A stretch of DNA of 64,000 nucleotides from an uncultured delta proteobacterium (lineage in GTDB: Bacteria > Myxococcota_A > Polyangia > Polyangiales > Polyangiaceae). The notes beneath the pieces were generated by a model that was given only the letters and a program-made list of their open reading frames with translations, did not search any database and was not told the origin of the DNA. Location: NCBI GenBank assembly GCA_963782055.1, contig CAWAIF010000003.1, positions 3,424,001 to 3,488,000 of the forward strand, in the 5' to 3' direction. A program made the translations under genes and the position numbers. Each line of letters starts with the position of its first letter. Positions within the stretch are counted from its first letter, which is position 1. Below are positions 25,801 through 34,600 of the stretch, in pieces.

Positions 25801-28529
25801 TCCGGGCCGGCCAGGCGCTCGTGACCGTCGAGCGCACAGGCGTCTACACCCGGCGCACCGTGAAGCTGGTGGGGCCGATGCCGACCATCCGCGTGCCCAT
25901 CACCGCCGACCTGCTGCCCAACGCCTTCGTCAGCGTGCAGCTCGAGCGAGGCCGGGTGGCGCCGCGCCGCGGGGGGGCCGACGTCGGGGCCCCGCAATTT
26001 CGTGTAGGATACACGGAGCTGAGCATCGATCCCTCGTCGCGCCGCCTGAAGGTGGCCGTCACACCGTCGACGAGGCAGGCCCACCCGGGCGACCAGCTCG
26101 ACGTGGCGCTGCGCGTCGCCGACGCCGCGGGCAAGCCGGCGCGCGCCAGCGTCACGCTCTATGCCGTCGACGAGGGCGTGCTCATGCTCACCGGCTACAA
26201 GACGCCCGACCCCTTCCCGGTCTTCACCGCGCCCCGCCCGCTCGCCGTCTTCACCCTGGAGTCGCGGCAGGACCTGGCAGCGGTGTTCCGCTCCTCGCTT
26301 GGCCAGGGCGGTGGCGACAAGGGCGGCGACGGCGGCGGCGGCGGTGACGACGGCACGCCGGTGCGCTCCGACTTCCGCACCACCGCGCTCTTCCTGCCCA
26401 GCCTGGTCACCGGCGACGACGGCGTGGCGCACGCCCGGTTCAAGCTGCCCGACGGCCTGACGACCTACCGCATCATGGCGGTGGCCGCGGGCGAGGACGA
26501 TCGCTTCGGCTTCGGGCAGTCGAGCGTCACCGCGAGCCGCCCGCTGATGGCGCGCCCGTCGCTCCCGCGCTTCATGCGCGCCGGCGACACGCTGCAGGCG
26601 GGCGTGGTCGTGAGCTCCAAGATGCCGAAGGCCGCCGGCGTGGACGTGACCATCGACGCCAAGGGCGTGCAGCTCGCCGAGCCGGCCACCAGGCACGTCT
26701 CGCTGCCCGCCTCCGGCAGCACGGAGGTGCGCTGGAACCTGGCCGCGCCCACCGCCGGCCGCGCCACCTTCGCCTTCACGGTGAAGGGCGGCGGCGAATC
26801 CGACGCCGTGCGCGTCACGCGCGAGATCTCCACGCCGACGGTCATGGAGGCGGTGGCGCTGTACGGCGACACCGAGAGCTCCGCCGGCGAGCGGCTGGGC
26901 GACCTCTCCTCGGTGCGCAAGGACGTGGGGGAGCTGGACCTGCGCCTCTCCTCCACCGCGCTCGTGGGGCTGGACGACGGCGTCGAGCAGCTCGTGCAGT
27001 ACCCCTACGGGTGCACCGAGCAGCTCACCAGCCGGCTGGTGCCGCTGGTGGTGCTGCGCGATCTCGCCAGGGACTACGGCATCAAGCTCCCCGGCGACGT
27101 GGACGCCCGGTCGGACGAGGCCGTCGCCAAGATCCTGAAGAACCAGCGGCCGGACGGCGGGTTCGGCTACTGGCCGGACTCGCCGGAGTCCAGCCCGTGG
27201 CTCACCGCCTACGCGCTCTGGGGCCTTTGGCTGGTGCAGCAGCACGGGCACGTCGTGCCCGCGAAGGCGATCGAGGCGGCGAAGGCCGCGCTCGGCCGCG
27301 ATCTCCAGAGGTGGGACGGCATCTGGCTCGCGGCGGACGCCTTCGTCCTGGACGTGCTGGCCGAGACCGGCTCGCCGGATCCAGGCGCGATGAACCGCCT
27401 CTACGACTCCCGGGACACGCTCCCGCTCTTCGCGCGCGCGCTGCTCGCCCACGCGATGCTCGTCTCGAGCACCTCGCCGGACTCGGCGAAGGAGCTGCTG
27501 CGCGGTCTGGAGAACCACCTGCGCGTCGACGGTCCGGGCGCGACGGTCGCCGAGAACCTCGGCGATCGGTACGCGCCGCTGCTCGACTCGGAGGCGCGCA
27601 CCACCGCCATGGTGCTGCGCACCCTGCTCACCGAGGACCCACGGCACCCGCTCGCGGCCCGGCTGGCCAAGGGCCTGCTCGCCATGCGCAAGGGCGGCAC
27701 CTGGCGCTCGACGCAGGAGACGGCGTGGGCGCTCATCGCGCTGGACCAGTACCGCAAGGACCAGGAGAAGAAGGCGCCGGACTTCACCGCCAAGGTGCTC
27801 ATGGGCGGCCGGCAGGTCGCCTCCGGCGAATTCCACGGGCGCAGCCTGGCGGCGCCCAGCACGTCGGTGGCGATGGGCCAGCTGCTGGCGAGCTCGGCGG
27901 GCGGCGAGATGCTGGGCTTCCAGGTGCAAGGCGACGGCCGCCTCTTCTACGAGGCTCGCTTGCACTACGCGCGCAAGGACATGCCCACCACGCCGCTGGA
28001 CCGCGGCTTCGCGGTGACCAAGGCGATGCGCAGCCTGCGCCCGGAGGACCTGCGCGCCGCGCTGGCCACGGTACCCAGCAAGGGCGTGAGCGCCGCGCGC
28101 GCGGGGGACCTTGTGCTCGTCGACCTGGTCGTCGTCTCGGCGGACCCGCAGGAGAACGTCGTCATCGACGACCCGTTGCCCGCGGGCCTGCAGGGCGTCG
28201 ACACCTCCCTCGAGACGACGGCGTCGGACATGGGCGCCGCGGTCGACGCCGGCGGGGAGGGAGACCAGGTGGACCAGGACGACGCCACCTACGACCACGT
28301 CGCCGCGGGGAACGCCTTCGGCTCGGTCTGGTACCACCGCGAGATGCGCGACGACCGCGTGCTCACCTTCGTGGAGCACATGCCCGCCGGCATCTTCCAC
28401 TTCCGCTACCTCGCGCGCGCCGTGACGCCCGGGCGCTTCCTCGTGCCGCCCACCAAGGCGGAGGACATGTACGCGCCGGAGGTGTTCGGGCGCACGGCTG
28501 GCGCGGTCTTCCAGGTGGCCGCGCCGTGA
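22842..28529 (+). CDS. Bacterial alpha-2-macroglobulin with N-terminal Ig-like domains
   Basis: FTSC lipobox; DRGIYRPGD, AVDEGVL, VRSDFRTT, thioester YPYGCTEQ, WRSTQET, AEDMYAPEVFGR. Confidence 0.93.
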   Translation: MRGVRVGFVLMGLVLFTSCLQGSPGVVPRAPRTLGLGTEDPDLPSRRPFGVTFAGPKGPTVDASVVTVLFNRPMHALEIAEEASPPPIHIETAAGGKVAGTWRWVGTHAARFSPVKALPRATEFHVTVPAGTRAVDGATMKDAYAFSFSTPRPELVNVSPSSDHLSPSASFELRFNQPVDVAEARGHVSLLVAGKLRAFSVRRPQPDVPELVQLSPTAALPLDTDVDVVVSPALVGMEGPLTAGTPHTVEMRTYGPLEIKRHTCSTDTPHGRCAAFSGVSIELTNDVPGKEFAAHARIEGPTVARVHHAPDYSSTYWTLGNDLRPAASYRLVIKAGMKDIYGQKLAHDVVWPFQTDDEWPALDVGLTGGTFEARGTHAVPVTSLNVAKYDLLTVPLDEAGLMHLLFTDRSSGLYDVARGLPGAKVQTIAPRAATNAGSTRSVALDHVPPHGRGPMAFGVRWPSRGGSRDDLRLVTITDLAITAKMSRFGGLVWVTRLSDARPVAGASVSIRTPSGEAFGGKTGSDGVLAVPADRYAAVDAEGRVDEDAVIVVRDGDDWAYRRMNDDVSPWSTGVYTDLTGATDPFGMLFADRGIYRPGDTVRLKGLVRVPEPRGTSTPRGREIGVTATDSQGQKLLDTKVKLGAFGDFALDIPTARSTPLGYLDIQAITPDAPRNRWGGSTGHIASTSVRLAEYQPSEFKVGVETSKPSYVRGDPASFTVHGDYLFGAPMGGAGTRYTVTRGETSFTPPGAEDLVVDDGTYYDGLPDAPSRATELDAKEVKLDAKGTFGANMALALPGQRGPEVVTVEAEVTDLTRQSIAGRSSVVVHPADFYVAEEPLDGYFFDKGKPIRVGVAAITPEGAHRAGTKVDVVLIRRTWRTILQRTGDTGARYDSHAVDEIAGRCSVTTTAKLAGCAVTPRAGGYYILRAVAKDAKGNTVGASQSAYVLGDEGSIGWDTDDANVVKLTPDRKSYEVGQTARILVKNPFRAGQALVTVERTGVYTRRTVKLVGPMPTIRVPITADLLPNAFVSVQLERGRVAPRRGGADVGAPQFRVGYTELSIDPSSRRLKVAVTPSTRQAHPGDQLDVALRVADAAGKPARASVTLYAVDEGVLMLTGYKTPDPFPVFTAPRPLAVFTLESRQDLAAVFRSSLGQGGGDKGGDGGGGGDDGTPVRSDFRTTALFLPSLVTGDDGVAHARFKLPDGLTTYRIMAVAAGEDDRFGFGQSSVTASRPLMARPSLPRFMRAGDTLQAGVVVSSKMPKAAGVDVTIDAKGVQLAEPATRHVSLPASGSTEVRWNLAAPTAGRATFAFTVKGGGESDAVRVTREISTPTVMEAVALYGDTESSAGERLGDLSSVRKDVGELDLRLSSTALVGLDDGVEQLVQYPYGCTEQLTSRLVPLVVLRDLARDYGIKLPGDVDARSDEAVAKILKNQRPDGGFGYWPDSPESSPWLTAYALWGLWLVQQHGHVVPAKAIEAAKAALGRDLQRWDGIWLAADAFVLDVLAETGSPDPGAMNRLYDSRDTLPLFARALLAHAMLVSSTSPDSAKELLRGLENHLRVDGPGATVAENLGDRYAPLLDSEARTTAMVLRTLLTEDPRHPLAARLAKGLLAMRKGGTWRSTQETAWALIALDQYRKDQEKKAPDFTAKVLMGGRQVASGEFHGRSLAAPSTSVAMGQLLASSAGGEMLGFQVQGDGRLFYEARLHYARKDMPTTPLDRGFAVTKAMRSLRPEDLRAALATVPSKGVSAARAGDLVLVDLVVVSADPQENVVIDDPLPAGLQGVDTSLETTASDMGAAVDAGGEGDQVDQDDATYDHVAAGNAFGSVWYHREMRDDRVLTFVEHMPAGIFHFRYLARAVTPGRFLVPPTKAEDMYAPEVFGRTAGAVFQVAAP

Positions 28530-30979
28530 ACGCGCGGCGCGCACTGGACCTGCTGCGCGCGGCGTCGCGCGCGCGGCTCGGACCGCGGGGGCGGCGCGCG
28601 GCCCGCGCGGTGTGCGGGGTGCTGCTCGCGCCGGTGCTCGCGCTGATCGTCGCGGCGGCGCTCACCCCGCTCCCGCGCGAGCTCTCCGTCGCGGAGTACG
28701 GACCGTCCCTGGAGATCGACGCGCGCGACGGCTCGGTGCTCAGGGAGATCCGCGCTGACGACGCCACGCGCGCCCGCTGGGTCCCCCTCGCGGAGATGGG
28801 CCCGGAGGTGCCGCGTGCGATGATGGCGGCGGAGGACCTGCGCTTTCGCTCGCACCCGGGCGTCGACCCGCTGGCGGTCGCGAGGGCGACGGCCGGGACG
28901 GTCCTCGCCGGGCACGTCGTCTCCGGGGCGTCGACGCTCACCATGCAGCTCGCGCGGCTGGTGCGACCGCACCCGCGCACGCTCGCGGGCAAGCTGGGCG
29001 AGATGGCCCTCGCGCTGCGGATCGAGGCGTCGCTCTCCAAGGACCAGATCCTGGAGCAGTACCTCAACCGCGCCCCCTTCGGCCCCGAGCTCCGCGGCAT
29101 CGACGCGGCCAGCCGCCACTACTTCGGGAAGGCCCCCGCCGAGCTCTCCCTCGCCGAGGCGTGCGCCCTGGCCGCGATGCCGCGGGGCCCGACGCTCTAC
29201 GACATGGACCGTCACCCGGAGCGGGTGCGGCGGCGGCGCGACCGGATCCTGGACCGCATGTTCGGGGCGGGGCTGGTCGACGCCGACCACTACCACCGCG
29301 CCAAGACCGAGCCGCTGGTGGTGCGCGGCGCGCGCAGCCACTTCGGGGCGCCACACTTCGTCCGCGCGGTGGCCGACGGCAAGCTCGGCGGTGGGGTGGC
29401 GCTCGGGCGCGCCAGCCGCGTGGTCACCACGCTCGACCCCGGACTGCAGGGGGAGGCGGAGCGCGCGGTCGCGCGCGTCGTCACCGGGCTGAGGAGCCGG
29501 CACGTGACCGCCGGCGCCGCGGTGGTGCTGGACAACGAGACCGGGGAGATCCTGGCGTACGTCGGCTCGCCCTCGTGGACCGACGACGCGCACGGCGGCA
29601 AGAACGACGGCGTGCGGGCGCTCCGACAGCCCGGCTCCTCGCTCAAGCCCTTCCTCTACGGCCTGGCGATGGACCGCGGGGCCCTGACCACCGCCTCGGT
29701 GCTGGACGACACGGCGCTTCGCATCGCGACGCCCGGCGGCGGGGACTACGTCCCGCACAACTACGACCAGCGCTTCCACGGCCCGGTGCGCCTGCGCGAG
29801 GCGCTCGCCAACTCGTACAACGTGCCGGCGGTGCGGACGCTGCTGCTCGTGGGCGATCAGGCCGCGCTCGACGAGCTGCACGCCTTCGGCTTCGCCTCCC
29901 TCACCGGGCGGGCGGACGACTACGGTCCGGCGCTGGCGCTGGGGGACGGGGAGGTGACGCTGCTGGAGCTGGCCGGCGCCTACGCCACCCTGGCGCGGGG
30001 CGGCATCACGCGGCCGGTGGTCGCGGTGCGCGAGGTCGACGGCGCGCCGGTCACGCCTCCCGGCGACTCGCGGCGGGTGATGCCGCGGGCGGTGGCGGAC
30101 GTGATCACCGACATCCTGGCGGACCGCGACGCCCGGCTGGCGTCCTTCGGCGAGCGGAGCATGCTGGAGCTGCCGGTGCCGGTCGCGGCGAAGACCGGCA
30201 CCTCCAAGGGCTTTCGCGACAACGTGGCGGTCGGCTTCACGCGGCGGGTCACCGTGGCGGCGTGGGCGGGCAACTTCGACGGCAGCGCGATGGCAGGCGT
30301 GAGCGGCATCACGGGCGCCGGCCCCATCTTCCACGAGGTGATGGAGGCGGCCTCGCGGCGCTACCCGGAGCGGCCGGGGGAGCGCCCGCTGCGCCTGCAG
30401 CCGGGCCGGGCGCCCGGGCTCGTGCGCGTCAAGGTGTGCGCCCTCTCCGGCAAGCGCGCCGCGCCGGACTGCCCGCACGCGATCGAGGAGTGGCTGCCGG
30501 CGGCGAAGGCGGACGCGCTGGACACGTGCACCATGCACCAGATCGTCGGGGTCGATACGCGCAACGGCCTGCGGGCCGGCCCCGCGTGCCCGCGAGGCGT
30601 CGTCGCCGACCGCGTCTTCGAGGTGTTCCCCCCCGAGCTCGCGGGGTGGGCCGCGGCGGCGCACCGCGAGAGCGCCCCGCGCGACTTCTCGCCGCTCTGC
30701 GGGCCGTCGCCCCGCGGCGGCGCGGCGGACGTGGCGGTGCGCATCGCCGAGCCGCTGGACGGCTCGCGCTACGTGCTGGACCCCGACGCGCCGCGCGAGC
30801 GGCAGGCCCTCACGGTGCGTCTCGTCGCGCCGGCGGGGAGGGCGCGCGTCCTGGTGGACGGTCGTCCGGTGCCGACGCAGGACCTCGTGGCGCGCTGGTC
30901 GCCGACGCCCGGAGAGCACGTCCTCCGGGCGGAGGTCGGGGGCGTGCGGAGCGAGGCGGTGCACGTCCACGTGGAGTGA
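28526..30979 (+). CDS. pbpC: Penicillin-binding protein 1C
   Basis: EDLRFRSHPGVDP, GASTLTMQLAR, QPGSSLKPF, SYN, KTGT; GTGA overlap with the A2M stop; known A2M-pbpC pairing. Confidence 0.92.
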   Translation: MNARRALDLLRAASRARLGPRGRRAARAVCGVLLAPVLALIVAAALTPLPRELSVAEYGPSLEIDARDGSVLREIRADDATRARWVPLAEMGPEVPRAMMAAEDLRFRSHPGVDPLAVARATAGTVLAGHVVSGASTLTMQLARLVRPHPRTLAGKLGEMALALRIEASLSKDQILEQYLNRAPFGPELRGIDAASRHYFGKAPAELSLAEACALAAMPRGPTLYDMDRHPERVRRRRDRILDRMFGAGLVDADHYHRAKTEPLVVRGARSHFGAPHFVRAVADGKLGGGVALGRASRVVTTLDPGLQGEAERAVARVVTGLRSRHVTAGAAVVLDNETGEILAYVGSPSWTDDAHGGKNDGVRALRQPGSSLKPFLYGLAMDRGALTTASVLDDTALRIATPGGGDYVPHNYDQRFHGPVRLREALANSYNVPAVRTLLLVGDQAALDELHAFGFASLTGRADDYGPALALGDGEVTLLELAGAYATLARGGITRPVVAVREVDGAPVTPPGDSRRVMPRAVADVITDILADRDARLASFGERSMLELPVPVAAKTGTSKGFRDNVAVGFTRRVTVAAWAGNFDGSAMAGVSGITGAGPIFHEVMEAASRRYPERPGERPLRLQPGRAPGLVRVKVCALSGKRAAPDCPHAIEEWLPAAKADALDTCTMHQIVGVDTRNGLRAGPACPRGVVADRVFEVFPPELAGWAAAAHRESAPRDFSPLCGPSPRGGAADVAVRIAEPLDGSRYVLDPDAPRERQALTVRLVAPAGRARVLVDGRPVPTQDLVARWSPTPGEHVLRAEVGGVRSEAVHVHVE

Positions 30980-31014
30980 GGTCGGCCCGAGGTCGAGGCT
31001 GCTATGATGCGAGG

Positions 31015-31659
31015 ATGGCTCGCTTCTCTCCTTTCTTTCTCCTCTTGGCGCTCTCCGCGTGCGGGGGGGTCGTGGTCGACTCCTCCTCCGACGGCGGCCC
31101 GGACGCCACGCCGAAGGACGGCGCGCTGACGGACGGGACGGCGCTGACCGACGGGTCTTCGTCCGACGGCGGCACGACGGTCACCGTCGGCTGCCCCGCG
31201 GACGCGCCCGCCCCGGGGACCGCGTGCGCACCGCCCGGCGCGCTGTGCGAGTACGGCACCGCCTTCTGGACGCAGTGCGACGACGTCTTCAAGTGCAACC
31301 CGAAGACCGACACCTGGTTCGCCCGCCCGAAGGACACGTCCCTCTGCGCGGCCGACTCGCAGTCGTGTCCGGCCACCTTCAAGGAGGCGAAGGGTACCTG
31401 CACGCCCTTCATGGACTGCGACTACCCCGAGGGATACTGCGAGTGCGTCGTGACCTGCGGTGGTCCACCGGGCGGTCCGCAGGACTACTTCGCGTGCGCG
31501 CATCCTTACCAGGGCTGCCCCTACCCGCGACCGCGCCTCGGCACCGCGTGCTCGAACGAGGGCCAGCAGTGCAACTACCAGGTGTGCTGCACCGGCACGA
31601 ACATGACGTGCAAGGGCGGCACCTGGCAGGGCCTCATCCTGGACCAGCCCTGCCCCTGA
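31015..31659 (+). CDS. Cys-rich lipoprotein
   Basis: LSAC lipobox, DGG linker, repeated CP...GTAC...CxY modules. Confidence 0.8.
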   Translation: MARFSPFFLLLALSACGGVVVDSSSDGGPDATPKDGALTDGTALTDGSSSDGGTTVTVGCPADAPAPGTACAPPGALCEYGTAFWTQCDDVFKCNPKTDTWFARPKDTSLCAADSQSCPATFKEAKGTCTPFMDCDYPEGYCECVVTCGGPPGGPQDYFACAHPYQGCPYPRPRLGTACSNEGQQCNYQVCCTGTNMTCKGGTWQGLILDQPCP

Positions 31660-31671
31660 CGCGCGCGCGGG

Positions 31672-34600
31672 CTACTTGAAGCCTAGCCGCGTGCGGGCCT
31701 CGGCGTAGCCGTCGCTGACGGTGAAGGCGATGAGCTCCTTCACCTCCGGCATGCGCGCGATCCATCCGGCGCGCGCGTCGCCCGCGGGGGGCGGCTCGCC
31801 GCGGCCGGTGGCGAAGGCGACGGCTTCCATCGCGGCGTTTGGATCGCCCACAGCGAGCAGCGCGGCGTGGTTGGCCCACGCGAGCACCGCGCCGCCGAGC
31901 GCCCCGATCTGCGGGCCCAGCGCGCCGATGACCTCCAGCGCCATGCTCCCGGTCGCGGGGTCGATCTGGCGAGGCATCGCGGACTGTACCCTGCGCGTCG
32001 CCTCGGTGAGCTGCGCGGGGTTGATGCCGGGCGGCGTCCACTGCGGCGCGAAGATCTTCAGCCACGCCCCGACGAGGATGGGCACGTCGCCCTGGCCGAC
32101 GCGGGCGAACGCCGAGCCGTGCACCTGGATGAGCTTGAGCGCGCGCAGCAGCGCGAAGGAGCGCGCCTTCTCGCTGCTCGCCTTGAGCATCGGCTCGCCG
32201 AACACGAGCGCCGGCGGGTTGGAACCGCCCGGCAGGCACACGTTGCCGAGCTGCGGCGAGACGAAGAGCTGCATGTTGGCCATGCCCACCGACTGGGCGA
32301 TGCCCATCACCGCGCGGCCGAAGGCGTCGCCCGGGTCGAGCAGCGTGGCGCGGAGCTGGCGCGGGTCGAAGGGCGCCGCCGCGTCGAGCGCGTGGCCGGT
32401 CCGCGCGAGCAGGCCGCGCGCGGCGGGCGTCATGGCCTCCGGCGCGATGAGCTCGTCCAGCCTGGGGTCGAGGGCGCGCGCCTCGGCGCCGGCGATGTCG
32501 GCGGGCTCCCCGGTGAAGGCCGCGAGCGTCGCCGCCACCGCGCGCGCGGCGTCCGTCTTGCCGCGGATGTCGTGGACGGTGGCCATCGTCTCGAACAGGG
32601 CAGGGGAGAAGCGGCCCGCGGCGAAGGCGCGGCGCGCGTCGCCGGCGGCGCGGTCGAGCAGGATGTTCACCGCCGGGGTCTGCTTGTGCCGCACGTAGAA
32701 CTCGGCGAGCGCGCGCAGGATGTTGACGTCGCTCGGGAACTCGCGCCGCGCCGACTCCAGCGTCTGCTCCGCCTTGCGCAGGTCGTGCGAGACGGTCTCG
32801 TAGATGCTGGCCAGGCCGATGGTGCGCAGCCGCTTGGTGGCCGGGTCCGACGCGGTGGCCAGGAGCTGCTGCTGGATCTCCATAGCCTGGGGGGCGTCGT
32901 TCTGCCGCTTGTAGACCTCGACGAGCTGCTCCTTGGCGGCGACGTCCTCCGGCGCGCGCTTGAGCACCTCGCGCAGCGCCACCTCCGCCCGCGAGAGGTT
33001 GCCGATGTGACCTGCGTAGAGGTCCCCGAGGCGGCGGTAGATGGCGAGCTGCTCCTCCGGGGAGGCGACGAGACGAGCGAGGCGCACCCACGCCTGCTCG
33101 GCACCCTCCCAATCCTCCCGCTTGGCGCACATGTCGCCGAAGGCCGTGAGCGCGCCGACGTGGTCCGGCTGCACCGCCAGCGCCGCCTCGAAGGCCTCCT
33201 TCGCGACGGCGAACTCGCCCACCTCGGCGAGGGCGCTGCCGCGCTCCACCTCCAGCGCGACGCGCTCGTCGGGGTCGAGCACCGTCGAGATGCGTCGCTC
33301 CAGCAGCGAGGCGAGCTCGTTGCGCGCGCCGCGCGCGGCGTACAGCTTGGAGAGTCGGCCGAAGATGTCCTTGAAGGCGATGTTGATCGAGGCGGCCTGC
33401 TCGAACGCCGCGACGCCGCGACCCTGGTCCTTGGCCTCGTCCACCAGGATGCGGCCGGCCTCGTACCAGGCCTCCAGCCGGTGCTCGTCCACCGCGCTCG
33501 TCCGCGCGAGGCTCTCCAGCGCGTCGGCCGCCTGCGCGTGCTCTCCGCGGCGCGTGCGCAGCTGCGCCAGCGCGCGCCACGCCGTCACGTCCCCCGGGTC
33601 CTCGCGGGTCGCGCGCTCGAGCAGCTCCAGCGCGTCGTCCAGCTTGCCGACGCGCTCCGCCGCCTCCGCCCCACGCGCCAGCAGCGCCGCCAGCTCCACC
33701 GGGCGCGACGCCCGGGCGATGAGCGCGCGGGTGGACTCCAGCAGCGCCGCGTCGTCTTCCTTCGCGCGGGCGTGCGCGTTGCCGAGGCGCAGCGACCAGA
33801 GCGACGCCGCTGGCTGCCGGGCCCCGAGCTCGGCGAGATCGCGGGTGCCGTCCCAGTCGCCGTTGCGCATGCGCAGGCGCGCGGCCACCTCCGCGTGGGC
33901 CGACGCCTCGCCGCCCTTCTGGTCCAGCATCCGCGCGATCGCCGTGAGCACGGGCTCCAGCTCGTCGTCTCGCCGCTCGCCGAGCAGGGCGTGCTCGACG
34001 TAGCGGAGGCTCAGCGCGTGGTCGGGCGTCTCCTCCAGGATGGAGCGGTGCCAGAGCAGCGCGCTGCCGGGATCGTTGCGGGCGAGGGCGTCGAGCTCGG
34101 CGAGGCGCTCGTAGGCCTCGGTCCGCGCGCGCACGTCGGGGGCGGTGCGCGCCAGGGAGAGCAGCTCGTCGGCCAGCCGGGAGGCCTCGCCCGCGGCCAG
34201 CTCGGCGCGCTCGCGGGCGATGAGCGCCAGCGGCGGCCCCTTGCCCTCCGGCGTCGCGGCCTGCGCGGCGCGCAGCGCACCCTCGCGGTCCCCGCTGCGC
34301 TCGTACTCGTAGACCGCCTCGAGCAGCAGGGTCTCGCGCGCGTCGCCCGCGGCCGCGGCCGCGCGCTGCTCCCGCCAGGCGGCGCGGTCGGGCGGGGGCT
34401 CGGGGGCCATGCGCTCGTAGAGCTGGCGCAGCGCGACGTCCTCCGGACGGGCCCGGTGGGCCTCCTCCAGCCGCTCGCTCGCCAGCGCGGGCTCCTTGTC
34501 GGCGATGAGGAGGGCCTCGCGCACGTTGTCGAAGGCGCGCTCGATCGGGTCGGCGGAGGCCTTCTGCCGCTCGCGCAGCCAGCGGAGCACCTCGTCCAGA

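Noticed and set aside
22797..28544. Very long antisense/alternate-frame ORFs (e.g. 1915 aa, 1453 aa, 1199 aa)
   Set aside because: Shadow ORFs expected at very high GC; they overlap well-supported genes and show no motifs.
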